The translations under genes were made by a program, and so were the position numbers. The notes under the pieces were generated by a model. That model ran no database searches, was not told where the DNA came from, and worked only from the letters and a program-made list of their open reading frames with translations. Below, piece after piece: positions 1-9,112 of a stretch of 32,000 nucleotides of DNA (position 1 is the stretch's first letter; every line of letters starts with the position of its first letter). Source of the DNA: Brachyspira murdochii DSM 12563. GTDB lineage: Bacteria; Spirochaetota; Brachyspiria; Brachyspirales; Brachyspiraceae. The DNA lies in the NCBI RefSeq assembly GCF_000092845.1, contig NC_014150.1:1418919-1450918 (forward strand), written 5' to 3'.

Positions 1-354
1 TACTTCGCTTGTTGAGGCTTGAAGTATTCTGGCATTACAGTCTCTTGCCAAATCAAGCATATTAAGTATTCCAAAAACACTTGTTTTAAATGTATGTACT
101 GGGTTTCTTTGATAATGTATAGGTGAAGCAGGACAGGCAAAATTATATATTTCATCGCATTCTATATGTATAGGTTCTGTTATATCATGTCTTATACTTT
201 CAAAATTTTTATTATCTGCTAAATGCTTTATATTTTCATTAGATCCTGTAAAAAAATTATCAATAGATATTACATAATTGCCTTCATTTAATAATCTTTC
301 GCATAGATGAGAGCCTAAAAAACCAGCCCCGCCTGTTACAATAATTCTTTTCAT
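1..354 (-). CDS. UDP-glucuronate decarboxylase (UDP-xylose synthase)-like NAD-dependent epimerase/dehydratase; only the N-terminal 118 aa are present because the gene runs off the left edge
   Basis: This ORF is not in the ORF track because it is open to the window edge. The reverse complement from the ATG at 354..352 reads [45 protein letters not shown]...[33 protein letters not shown]...ASTSEV. It has the GxxGxxG Rossmann motif plus the DNFFTG, ACPASP and STSEV blocks typical of UXS-type extended SDRs. Confidence 0.8.
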   Translation of the reverse strand, partial: MKRIIVTGGAGFLGSHLCERLLNEGNYVISIDNFFTGSNENIKHLADNKNFESIRHDITEPIHIECDEIYNFACPASPIHYQRNPVHTFKTSVFGILNMLDLARDCNARILQASTSEV

Positions 355-565
355 TAAATTATTCCTCTTAATATATTTTACAACTATAATATAACAATGT
401 ATAAATTTTTCAATAAAAAACACAATTAATATTCATACTATTTTTATAAAAAATCATTTTGTTTAGTAAAACTATTTTTAATACTTAAGTTTAATAAAAA
501 TATGAACTATATATTGATTAAGCTATATATAATACAATATTATAAAAAATTATACTGTATTTTTA

Positions 566-594
566 TTGACAATAGTATTTATTTTTACTATATT
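566..594 (+). promoter_or_regulatory. Candidate sigma70-type promoter of the cas operon
   Basis: TTGACA (566..571), a 17-nt spacer, then TATATT (589..594), about 60 nt upstream of the cas6 ATG. AT-rich DNA produces such matches by chance, so confidence is modest. Confidence 0.35.
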
Positions 595-657
595 AGTTAA
601 TTAGTTACTGATATTTTAAGTAAATAATAACATATTAATAACTTAAAGGATATTTTT

Positions 658-1416
658 ATGCGTATAAATCTTAATTTTGAGCTTGAAAATAATATAATAA
701 ACAAAGAATACAGATTAACAATTATAAGCTTCATTAAAAATGCATTAAAAAATTATTTGCCAAATACATATGATGCAATTTATAACAATAACACAAAGAT
801 GAAGGCATTTACATTCGGAGTGTATTTGCCAGATGCCAAAATCAATAATGATAATATAGAACTTTCAAGCAGATATATAAATGTAACTTTTTCTATATTT
901 GATAATCAATTATTTATAGAGCTTTATAATTCTTTTAATAATATGATAAACAAAAAATATCCTAAAGATGAAAATACAAAAAGCCAAATGATTATGACAT
1001 TAAAAAAAATAACTATGCAAAATGAAAAGCCTATAAAACAAAATAGAATAATAATAAAATTTTTAAGCCCATTAGTATTACGCAGTCATAACAGAGAAAC
1101 TAATAAAGATATATATGTAACATTTAAAGATGATAATTTTAATGACATTCTCAATCAATCGGTAGAGAGGCTTGCAAAAGAGTTTGATTTTGAAATATCT
1201 CAAATAAAATTAACACCATTAAATCTAACAGATGATAACGGCAATATTATACAGGAAGAATCCAAAACAACAGTTGTACCTTTCAAAGAATTGTTAATAA
1301 ATGTTTCCTACGGCAAATTCTGTTTGGAAGGCGGCATTAAACTACTAAACAATCTCTACAAAACAGGTATAGGAAGCAGAAGAAGCGAAGGTTTCGGATT
1401 ATTTGAAGTTTTATAA
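658..1416 (+). CDS. cas6: Cas6 crRNA-processing endoribonuclease (type I-B)
   Basis: 252-aa ORF and first gene of the cas operon. The C-terminal glycine-rich loop GIGSRRSEGFG fits the Cas6 GhGxxxxxGhG signature. An AAAGGA RBS lies upstream. Confidence 0.88.
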   Translation: MRINLNFELENNIINKEYRLTIISFIKNALKNYLPNTYDAIYNNNTKMKAFTFGVYLPDAKINNDNIELSSRYINVTFSIFDNQLFIELYNSFNNMINKKYPKDENTKSQMIMTLKKITMQNEKPIKQNRIIIKFLSPLVLRSHNRETNKDIYVTFKDDNFNDILNQSVERLAKEFDFEISQIKLTPLNLTDDNGNIIQEESKTTVVPFKELLINVSYGKFCLEGGIKLLNNLYKTGIGSRRSEGFGLFEVL

Positions 1417-1432
1417 TTAAGGAATTTTTATT

Positions 1433-3193
1433 ATGGCAAAAACAAAAAAATCTAGTCAGCATGAATTAAATTTAGAAGATAATCAAAACAATAACATTAA
1501 AAAAAAAGAAGAATATTTTGAAATTAATCTTGATACTTTTCTTTTTAATGCAGGTGTTATAGGTTTTATTGAAGTATTGGAAAAGTCAGAAGCTCATAAA
1601 GGTACAAGTTTAGATGACAAAAAAGATTTTTACTATGAAGGGCAAACACTATATATTAATAAAAAATTTTTACTTAATGCTGATTTATCTCAAATATACA
1701 TTGATGCTATGATAAAAAAATTTTCAGATAAAACTAATATATCAGAAAGCATTAAAAAAATTGATATTATATTAAATGATAAAGAAAATAAAGATTTTAA
1801 AGATGATATAAAAAATATAATAGATTATTTTTCAGCCGCAAGTATAAAAACAGGATTGGAAACTTTAATATCTAAAGGTATTTCAGTAAATATACAAGAT
1901 AATATTGAGAAAATAAAAGAAATAATAAAATCAAAAAATCCTAATACAGAACACATAAAAAATTATTTAAAAGAAATAAAATCAGATTTTGAAAACAGCA
2001 AAGAAGTAAGAGATACTCTTTTAATGAAAAATATAATGTATACTAAAATAAATCCGTTTTGGGAAAATAAAGCCTTTTTACTTCCTGCCAATTCTAAAAA
2101 GGATATAAAAGAAATGTTTTACAAATCTTTTGAAGAGCCTTTAAAAGAACTAATAAATAATAAAAAGAAATTTAATTATAACTGCATAGTCTGTAATGAA
2201 AGCATAAATAAAGATATTGATACTACTTTTTTATTTGAAGTTGGTGTTGATACTAATAGAAAAAAATCTGCATTTTGGAACTATAATGCTGACAGCTTTA
2301 TATGTGCTTTATGCAATTATATATATGCATGTACTCCTTTAGGTTTTATAGACATGTCTAATTTAATGCTTTTTGTTAATCAAAATGACAGCATAGAAAC
2401 TTTAATAAAGATGAATGAAAAAATAGATTTTGTAAATAACGAAGATAATAAAACATACACTGCATATAATGAAATAATTAGAAGAATACTTTCAGAAAAG
2501 ACTAAAGAGTTAAAATCTATTCAGGTTATAGTAAGAGATAAAAATCATTATTTATTTAACACTATAGGAAAAGATTCGCTTCAAATTATTGAATCAATGA
2601 AAGACGAACTTAATGATATAGCAAAAATAAAATCAATAAAAATAACTGATGATTATTGGATTGATATTTATAAGGATTGTTTGGAAAATATTTTAAACTT
2701 TAAAAATCAATGGAACTTAATATTTAAACTTCTAAAAATAGAAGATAATAAATTTATATTAAATACAATATTCAATATACTAAAAATACAAATAGCAAAA
2801 GATATTATATTTCTGAAGGAGGATAATAATATGCAAAAACAATTTGATTTAGCATATATAGCCTATAAAAACGGCAATGAAATAAGGGCTAAATTAATCG
2901 GGGCAAACAGCAGTGCCAATTTAAATAGCGAACAAAATAAAGAAGCTGATAATAAATTGAGGGGGTTAGTATATCAGTTAATAAATTATGTTCATACTTC
3001 AAACAGAGATTTATTTTTAAGTAATATTACAAGACTTTATGCTGGAATGAATTTGAGCATACCAAGTATATTTTTAAATATTTTTAAAAGCGATGAAGAG
3101 TTTAAAGTAATAGGAAATGCTTATATACTAGGGCTTAAAGGTTCATTTTATGATAATGAAAATAGCAAAAATAATGATAAAAAAGATAATTAA
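1433..3193 (+). CDS. cas8b: Cas8b (Cst1-like) large subunit of type I-B Cascade
   Basis: 586-aa ORF in the canonical position between cas6 and cas7. It is Lys/Asn-rich and carries a CxxC...CxxC zinc-finger-like cluster (NCIVCNES ... FICALCNYIYAC), as in Cst1/Cas8b proteins. Confidence 0.8.
   Translation: MAKTKKSSQHELNLEDNQNNNIKKKEEYFEINLDTFLFNAGVIGFIEVLEKSEAHKGTSLDDKKDFYYEGQTLYINKKFLLNADLSQIYIDAMIKKFSDKTNISESIKKIDIILNDKENKDFKDDIKNIIDYFSAASIKTGLETLISKGISVNIQDNIEKIKEIIKSKNPNTEHIKNYLKEIKSDFENSKEVRDTLLMKNIMYTKINPFWENKAFLLPANSKKDIKEMFYKSFEEPLKELINNKKKFNYNCIVCNESINKDIDTTFLFEVGVDTNRKKSAFWNYNADSFICALCNYIYACTPLGFIDMSNLMLFVNQNDSIETLIKMNEKIDFVNNEDNKTYTAYNEIIRRILSEKTKELKSIQVIVRDKNHYLFNTIGKDSLQIIESMKDELNDIAKIKSIKITDDYWIDIYKDCLENILNFKNQWNLIFKLLKIEDNKFILNTIFNILKIQIAKDIIFLKEDNNMQKQFDLAYIAYKNGNEIRAKLIGANSSANLNSEQNKEADNKLRGLVYQLINYVHTSNRDLFLSNITRLYAGMNLSIPSIFLNIFKSDEEFKVIGNAYILGLKGSFYDNENSKNNDKKDN
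2831..3193 (+). CDS. cas11: Candidate Cas11b small subunit (120 aa) translated from an internal in-frame start within cas8b
   Basis: A perfect AAGGAGG at 2816..2822 is followed 8 nt later by an in-frame ATG at 2831 (MQKQFDLAYIAYKNG...). The product would be 120 aa (roughly 14 kDa by size estimate), and no separate cas11 gene is present in the operon. Confidence 0.55.
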   Translation: MQKQFDLAYIAYKNGNEIRAKLIGANSSANLNSEQNKEADNKLRGLVYQLINYVHTSNRDLFLSNITRLYAGMNLSIPSIFLNIFKSDEEFKVIGNAYILGLKGSFYDNENSKNNDKKDN

Positions 3194-3216
3194 ATAATTT
3201 TAAGGAGAATAAAAAT

Positions 3217-4110
3217 ATGGAAAATAAAGGTTTAACATTAAGTATAATATTTGAAGCAGAAAGTGCAAACTATGGGGAGAGTTTCGGAAATATAAGCTCA
3301 TTAAAAAAATTAAGCAGAGGAGACGGAAACAGCTATAGTTATATATCAAGACAGGCATTGAGATATAATATTATAAATCAATTAGGCTGGGATAATACAA
3401 AAGTTTCTAATGCTGATAAAGTTGTACAGTTTGAAAAAGATGCTTCTATAAAAGACTATCCAGAAATAGATTTTTTTGGATACATGAAAACAGGAAAAAA
3501 CAGCGTTAATGGTTCTTCAAATACTAGAAATGCAGTTGTACGATTGAGTAATGCTGTTGCTTTGGAAAGTTATAATTCTGATTTGGATTTTCTCACTAAT
3601 ATGGCACTTGCTAAAAGAGGAGCTATGGATAATGCTATTGCTCAAAGCGAGATACATAAGTCATACTATGCATACACTGTTACCATTGATTTGGATAAAG
3701 TGGGAATAGATGAAATCATAAAAGATAAAGAAAATAACAAAGAAATACAGGAAATAGATAATAAAGAAAAAGCGAAAAGAGTTAAAGAGCTTTTAAAAAT
3801 ATTAAAAACTTTATATAGAGATATAAAAGGAAGAAGAGAAAATTTAAGTCCTTTATTTATAATAGGAGGAGTTTATAATATTAAAAATCCATTCTTTGAA
3901 AACAGACTAAAAGTTAATAAAAATAATTTGGAAATAAAAACTATAAAAGATGTTCTTGATTTGGACAGTGAAATAAAAAATAACACTATATGCGGATTGG
4001 TAGATTCAATATTTGCAAATACTGAAGAGATAAAAAAAGAGTTGGATGCAAAAACTGTATCATATGTTATAGACGAATTATCCAAAAAGGTTGACGAATA
4101 CTATGTATGA
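3217..4110 (+). CDS. cas7: Cas7 (Cst2/DevR-type) Cascade backbone subunit
   Basis: 297-aa ORF with AAGGAGA RBS. The N-terminus GLTLSIIFEAESANYGES...ISRQALRYNI matches the conserved Cas7/DevR N-terminal block. Confidence 0.88.
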   Translation: MENKGLTLSIIFEAESANYGESFGNISSLKKLSRGDGNSYSYISRQALRYNIINQLGWDNTKVSNADKVVQFEKDASIKDYPEIDFFGYMKTGKNSVNGSSNTRNAVVRLSNAVALESYNSDLDFLTNMALAKRGAMDNAIAQSEIHKSYYAYTVTIDLDKVGIDEIIKDKENNKEIQEIDNKEKAKRVKELLKILKTLYRDIKGRRENLSPLFIIGGVYNIKNPFFENRLKVNKNNLEIKTIKDVLDLDSEIKNNTICGLVDSIFANTEEIKKELDAKTVSYVIDELSKKVDEYYV

Positions 4111-4843
4111 TAATATAACAAAAGCAATAAAAATAGAATGCTATCAAAATATGCCAAATTATAAAAGACCGTCAAGCATACAATTTCAGGAAAGCTTTAA
4201 ACTTCCTCCATACTCTACAGTTATAGGAATGATTCATAAAGTTTGCAGCTGTAAAAGCGGAGAATATATGCCTATGAAAGTAAGTATTCAGGGAGAAACA
4301 AAAAGTTCATTAACTGATTTGTACACTAGATATTTTTTCGGAATTAAATACGATCCTTCAAGACATCAATTAAAAGTAAAAAATCCTGACGGAAGTTTTG
4401 ACGGTATTACTAAAGGACTTGGATATGCTGAAGTGATAGTTGATGTTAATTTAATTATTCATATTGTTCCTGAAGATGAAAGTTTATTTGATTTTATATT
4501 AAAAGGACTTAAAAAACCTTGTGTATATCCAGCTTTAGGGCGTCATGAGGATATTTTAAGAATCGATAATGTAAGCATTGTAGAAACAGAAAAAACTGAT
4601 GAGATAGAAATGTTTTATGATGCTTATATACCTTATAGTATGATTGATAATATCATAAATAAAGAAGAGCTTATAGGTACTATTTATAATTTAAATAAGG
4701 TTTTTGATATTAATAAAAAAACTAATATACGTTATTGGAAAGAAAAAGTTAAGGCAAAGTATATAAACAAAGGAAGTGTTATAGCTTTTAAAAAAGAAGT
4801 TATTCAGGAAAAGGAAAGTAAATTAGGTTTATTTTTAGCATGA
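4103..4843 (+). CDS. cas5: Cas5 (Cas5t-type) Cascade subunit
   Basis: The ORF track starts at a TTG at 4091. The ATG at 4103 overlaps the cas7 stop (ATGTATGA) and is the more likely start. The KLPPYSTVIGMIHKV block resembles the Cas5 N-terminal motif, and the gene has the canonical position after cas7. Confidence 0.85.
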   Translation: MYDNITKAIKIECYQNMPNYKRPSSIQFQESFKLPPYSTVIGMIHKVCSCKSGEYMPMKVSIQGETKSSLTDLYTRYFFGIKYDPSRHQLKVKNPDGSFDGITKGLGYAEVIVDVNLIIHIVPEDESLFDFILKGLKKPCVYPALGRHEDILRIDNVSIVETEKTDEIEMFYDAYIPYSMIDNIINKEELIGTIYNLNKVFDINKKTNIRYWKEKVKAKYINKGSVIAFKKEVIQEKESKLGLFLA

Positions 4844-7134
4844 TTAAAAAAGAAGATTTTTTAGCAAAAAGCAACAAATATAATAATTATTATAATACAG
4901 AAAGTATTGAAAAACATACAAAAAACCTTATAAGGCTATTTGAAGATTTTAAAACTTTATATAAAAAATATTTTACTGAAAAAGAATTAGAGCTTATAAA
5001 GATATCATTAGAAACTCATGATTTAGGAAAAATGAATTCAAGATTTCAAAAAAAGATTTATAAAAGCATAGATAAAAATTTTGAATTTGATGAATATAAT
5101 AATGAATTAGAAAAATTATATAAAGAATTAAATATTGATGAAGTTCCGCATGGAATTTTAAGCTGTGCTTTTTTAAATATTAATGAACTTGAAGAGAAAT
5201 TTTCTGAAAATGAAATAAAGGCATTAGTAAGTTCTGTTTATAATCATCATACAAGAAAAGCTTTAAATAATAATGGTTTGGAAATAAGTGCATCTGATAT
5301 AAAAAAAATAATTGAAAAAGATGTTTCCTTTTATAAACAATACTATGATGATAAACTTAAATGCAAATATATTGGCGTGTCAATGAATGTTATAAAAGAA
5401 AATTATAATACATCATATGATATTTGGAAAAATTATATTATCATAAAAGGAATGCTAAACAAAATAGATTATGCGGCTAGTGCTTATGATGATTATATTG
5501 AAATAGGAAGTGATGATGCTTCTAAAAAAGTGTTATCGAGATTTGAGCCTAATGAATGCCAAAAATATATGCTTGAAAATAAAGATAAAAATATTATAGT
5601 TATTGCTTCTACAGGTATTGGTAAAACTGAAGGGGCTTTGCTTTGGGCTAAAAAATCAAAAACTTTTTATACTCTTCCTCTTAAAGTTTCTATTAATGCT
5701 ATTTATGAGAGAATAAAAAATAATTATTATGATAAAGAAAAAATAACTTTCCTACATTCAGATAGTATTAATGATATGCTTGATAATGATTTGTCTATTG
5801 ATGATGTGATTGATAAATATAATAAAAGTAAAAAATTATCATTTCCTTTTACAGTTTGTACTATAGATCAGCTTTTTTATTTTGTGTTTAAATCTTTAGG
5901 TACAGAAATTTTTCCTGCTGCTTTGAAATACAGCAAATTAATTATTGATGAAATACAATCATACACTCCGGAAATAACAGCTTTTATAATTTACGGACTT
6001 AAAGTGATAAATGATATAGGCGGTAAGTTTTGTATAATAACTGCTACTTTTCCTCCTATAGTAAAAAAGCTTATGGAAGAAAATAATATTAATTTTGAAA
6101 TGCCTAGCAAAGCATTTTTAAAAAAAGATAAAAATAATGAAAGTATAAAAAGACATTTTATTAAATTTATTGATGAAGATATTTTTAATTATGATAATAT
6201 AATAAAAAGTGCTGAAAATAAAAAAGTGCTTGTAATATGCAATACAGTAAAACATTCACAGGAAGTTTATAATATTTTAAAAGAGTATAATATCAAAAAT
6301 ATTAATCTTCTTCATTCAAGATTTCTAATGAAAGACAGAAAGAAAAAAGAAGATGATATAAAAAACTTTGCCCCAAATGATATTAGTAAAAGAGAAGAAA
6401 CTTATGGCATATGGATATCAACTCAAATAGTAGAGGCTAGTCTCGATATAGATTTTGATGAGCTTCATACTGATATGTCTTCAGCTGACAGTTTGCTTCA
6501 GAGAATGGGGAGAGTTTATAGAGATAGAGCTTATAATAAAAATGAGCCTAATATATTTATTTATAACACTAAAGATGGATACGGCAGTGTATATGATAAA
6601 GAAATATATGATAACTCAAAAATGTTTTTAAAATATTATGATAATAAAATATTTACTGAAGAAGATAAACAAGATTTTATTAATAAAGTTTATGATGAAG
6701 AAATATTAAAAGAAAGTAATTATCTGAAACAAATAAAAAATACTCTGAAACAAATAAAAGATCTTCCTCCTGCTTCTGTAGATAAAGGCGACTGCGAGAG
6801 GCTTTTTAGAAAAATAGATAATGTTACAGTTATGCCGTCAATTATTTATAATGATTTGATAAATGAAGAAAATAATATTATAGATGAGTATAGAAAATTA
6901 CTTAATATGGATAAGTTGAGTAAAGAAAATTATGAAAAATTATTAAAGAAAAAAAATGAATTACTTAAGTTTACTGTGCCAATAAAAACTTATAAAAAGA
7001 TAAAAAATTATTCTGGTATTGAAATAAATTTAAATAAAAATATTAATAAGAATAAAATATTTATTGTAGAATTGGAATATGATAAAGAATTAGGACTTCT
7101 TGATAAAAAAGATAATTCTATTCTTATGGATTAG
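4840..7134 (+). CDS. cas3: Cas3 HD-nuclease/helicase fusion
   Basis: 764 aa. The HD domain is marked by ETHDLGK and YNHH. Helicase motif I is ASTGIGKTEGAL, motif II is IIDEIQS, and a late QRMGRVYR motif is present. The start overlaps the cas5 stop (ATGA). Confidence 0.93.
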   Translation: MIKKEDFLAKSNKYNNYYNTESIEKHTKNLIRLFEDFKTLYKKYFTEKELELIKISLETHDLGKMNSRFQKKIYKSIDKNFEFDEYNNELEKLYKELNIDEVPHGILSCAFLNINELEEKFSENEIKALVSSVYNHHTRKALNNNGLEISASDIKKIIEKDVSFYKQYYDDKLKCKYIGVSMNVIKENYNTSYDIWKNYIIIKGMLNKIDYAASAYDDYIEIGSDDASKKVLSRFEPNECQKYMLENKDKNIIVIASTGIGKTEGALLWAKKSKTFYTLPLKVSINAIYERIKNNYYDKEKITFLHSDSINDMLDNDLSIDDVIDKYNKSKKLSFPFTVCTIDQLFYFVFKSLGTEIFPAALKYSKLIIDEIQSYTPEITAFIIYGLKVINDIGGKFCIITATFPPIVKKLMEENNINFEMPSKAFLKKDKNNESIKRHFIKFIDEDIFNYDNIIKSAENKKVLVICNTVKHSQEVYNILKEYNIKNINLLHSRFLMKDRKKKEDDIKNFAPNDISKREETYGIWISTQIVEASLDIDFDELHTDMSSADSLLQRMGRVYRDRAYNKNEPNIFIYNTKDGYGSVYDKEIYDNSKMFLKYYDNKIFTEEDKQDFINKVYDEEILKESNYLKQIKNTLKQIKDLPPASVDKGDCERLFRKIDNVTVMPSIIYNDLINEENNIIDEYRKLLNMDKLSKENYEKLLKKKNELLKFTVPIKTYKKIKNYSGIEINLNKNINKNKIFIVELEYDKELGLLDKKDNSILMD

Positions 7135-7141
7135 TTTTATT

Positions 7142-7645
7142 ATGATGAGAGAAAATATAAATTATGTAACAGGTACAATTTATTCTTATAGTTTTTTATG
7201 TATGAGAAAGGTTTGGCTTTCTTATCATAATTTATCTTTTGAGGGAGAAAGTGAGCTTGTGAAGATTGGAAAGTTTATTGATGAGAATACTTATGCTAAT
7301 CAAAAACATAATTTTATGATAGATAATAAAGTTAATATAGACTTTTTAAAAAATAATGTAGTGCATGAAATAAAAAAATCAGACAAAGAAAAACAAATGG
7401 CTATTAATCAAATAAAATATTATTTATTTATATTAAAGCAGTACGGATTTGATGATATAAAAGGAGAATTAAATATACCGTCAAAAAGATACAAAGAAGA
7501 AGTAATCCTTGAAGAAGGAGATGATGAAAAAATTTTAGAAAGACTTAGAACTATAAATAAAATTATAAAAGAAAAAAATATACCAGAAGTTATTAATAAA
7601 AGTGCTTGTAAAAAATGTGCTTATTATGAGTTTTGTTATATATGA
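7142..7645 (+). CDS. cas4: Cas4 RecB-like exonuclease with Fe-S cluster cysteines
   Basis: One N-terminal Cys (YSFLCMRK) plus the C-terminal CKKCAYYEFC gives the 1+3 Cys pattern of Cas4. The ORF track start at 7100 overlaps cas3, so the ATG at 7142 (MMRENIN) just after the cas3 stop is preferred. Confidence 0.88.
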   Translation: MMRENINYVTGTIYSYSFLCMRKVWLSYHNLSFEGESELVKIGKFIDENTYANQKHNFMIDNKVNIDFLKNNVVHEIKKSDKEKQMAINQIKYYLFILKQYGFDDIKGELNIPSKRYKEEVILEEGDDEKILERLRTINKIIKEKNIPEVINKSACKKCAYYEFCYI

Positions 7646-7672
7646 GAAATATAAATTAACGGAGTTATTTTT

Positions 7673-8665
7673 ATGAGTAAATCTTATTATTTATTTTCAA
7701 GCGGAGAGCTTAAAAGAAAAGATAATACGCTTCAGTTTATCAAATCAAACGGCGAGAAAAGAGATTTACCCATACAGATAATTTATGATATATATATTTT
7801 TTCTGAGGTTACAATAAATACTAAACTGCTTAATTTTTTATCGCAGATTGGAATATGCGTGCATTTTTTTAATTATTATGAGTTTTATTCTGGAAGTTTT
7901 TATCCTAGAGAAAAATTAGTTTCTGGGGATTTGCTTGTTCATCAGGTTATGCATTACAGTGATTATGATAAAAGGGTATCACTTGCCAAAAAATTTGTTT
8001 ATGGAGCTTCTGATAATATACTAAGAAATTTAAAATATTATGATAATAGAGGACGTGATTTGAAAGAGGAAATCAAAAGCATAGAAAAATTAAAATCAAG
8101 TATAGATTTGTATTATAATATTAATGAAATAATGGGAATAGAAGGCAATATTCATAAAGTTTATTACAGTTCTTGGAAAAAAATTATTAATCAGGAAATA
8201 GATTTTGAAAAAAGAGTAAAACGCCCTCCTGATAATATGATAAACTCGCTTATAAGTTTTTTGAACTCTGTACTTTATACAAAGGTGTTATCTGAGATTT
8301 ATAAAACACAATTAAATCCTACTATAAGTTATTTGCATGAACCGTCTGTAAAAAGATTTTCATTATCACTTGATACAGCAGAAATTTTTAAGCCATTAAT
8401 AGTTGACAGACTTATATTTTCATTATTAAATAAAAAGATGATAAGCGAAAATGATTTTGATAAAGATAGCAATTTTTTAAGACTAAAAGATAAAGCATTA
8501 AAAACAATAATGGAAGAATTAGAGAAAAGACTTACCACTACTGTTAATCATAGGAGTTTGAAAAGAGATGTATCGTATAAGCATTTGATTAGATTAGAAC
8601 TTTATAAAATCTCTAAACATTTGCTTAATGAAAAAGAATATAAACCTTTTGTAATATGGTGGTAA
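7673..8665 (+). CDS. cas1: Cas1 integrase
   Basis: 330 aa. The blocks GIEGNIHKVYY and ISYLHEPSVKRFSLSLDTAEIFKPLIVDR match the catalytic E / H / D regions of Cas1. A GGAG RBS is present. Confidence 0.93.
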   Translation: MSKSYYLFSSGELKRKDNTLQFIKSNGEKRDLPIQIIYDIYIFSEVTINTKLLNFLSQIGICVHFFNYYEFYSGSFYPREKLVSGDLLVHQVMHYSDYDKRVSLAKKFVYGASDNILRNLKYYDNRGRDLKEEIKSIEKLKSSIDLYYNINEIMGIEGNIHKVYYSSWKKIINQEIDFEKRVKRPPDNMINSLISFLNSVLYTKVLSEIYKTQLNPTISYLHEPSVKRFSLSLDTAEIFKPLIVDRLIFSLLNKKMISENDFDKDSNFLRLKDKALKTIMEELEKRLTTTVNHRSLKRDVSYKHLIRLELYKISKHLLNEKEYKPFVIWW

Positions 8666-8671
8666 GCAATA

Positions 8672-8956
8672 ATGTATTTAATATTAGTTTATGATATACA
8701 AACAGATGACGAAGATGGTGCTAGAGCTGCAAGAACAGTTTTTAAGACTTGCAAGGCATATCTTAATCATATACAAAAATCTGTCTTTGAGGGTGAACTC
8801 TCAAAAGTACAGTATTTGGAATTAAAAAATAAGCTCTTTGACATTTTAAGAAAAGAAAAAGATTCTTGTATAGTTTTTAAAAGCCGTAATGAAAAATGGC
8901 TTGATAAAGAGTTTTTAGTAGAAGAAAGCATTGACAAAACATCTAATTTTATATAA
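8672..8956 (+). CDS. cas2: Cas2
   Basis: 94 aa with the N-terminal MYLILVYDI, typical of Cas2. It lies immediately downstream of cas1 and upstream of the leader and array. Confidence 0.9.
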   Translation: MYLILVYDIQTDDEDGARAARTVFKTCKAYLNHIQKSVFEGELSKVQYLELKNKLFDILRKEKDSCIVFKSRNEKWLDKEFLVEESIDKTSNFI

Positions 8957-9112
8957 AATAAGTTTATTGTCGAAGTGTAATTGTTATAAAATTGTGCTTA
9001 ATCGACAGAAGATTTTTGCCAAAAATATATTTATTAACTGTTTTTTCATTATGTATTTGTGCATTTAAGCAAATTAAATATGTAAATTAGAAAAATAGTT
9101 TTGGATATACGG
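8957..9112 (+). promoter_or_regulatory. CRISPR leader
   Basis: 156-bp AT-rich non-coding segment between the cas2 stop and the first repeat. The degenerate repeat is at the opposite end of the array, which supports leader placement and + orientation. Confidence 0.7.

Noticed and set aside
3873-4085. A 70-aa antisense ORF inside cas7; a similar one lies at 8329..8538 inside cas1.
   Set aside because: Both are fully embedded antisense to well-supported cas genes. They have low-complexity composition typical of AT-rich antisense frames and no RBS.
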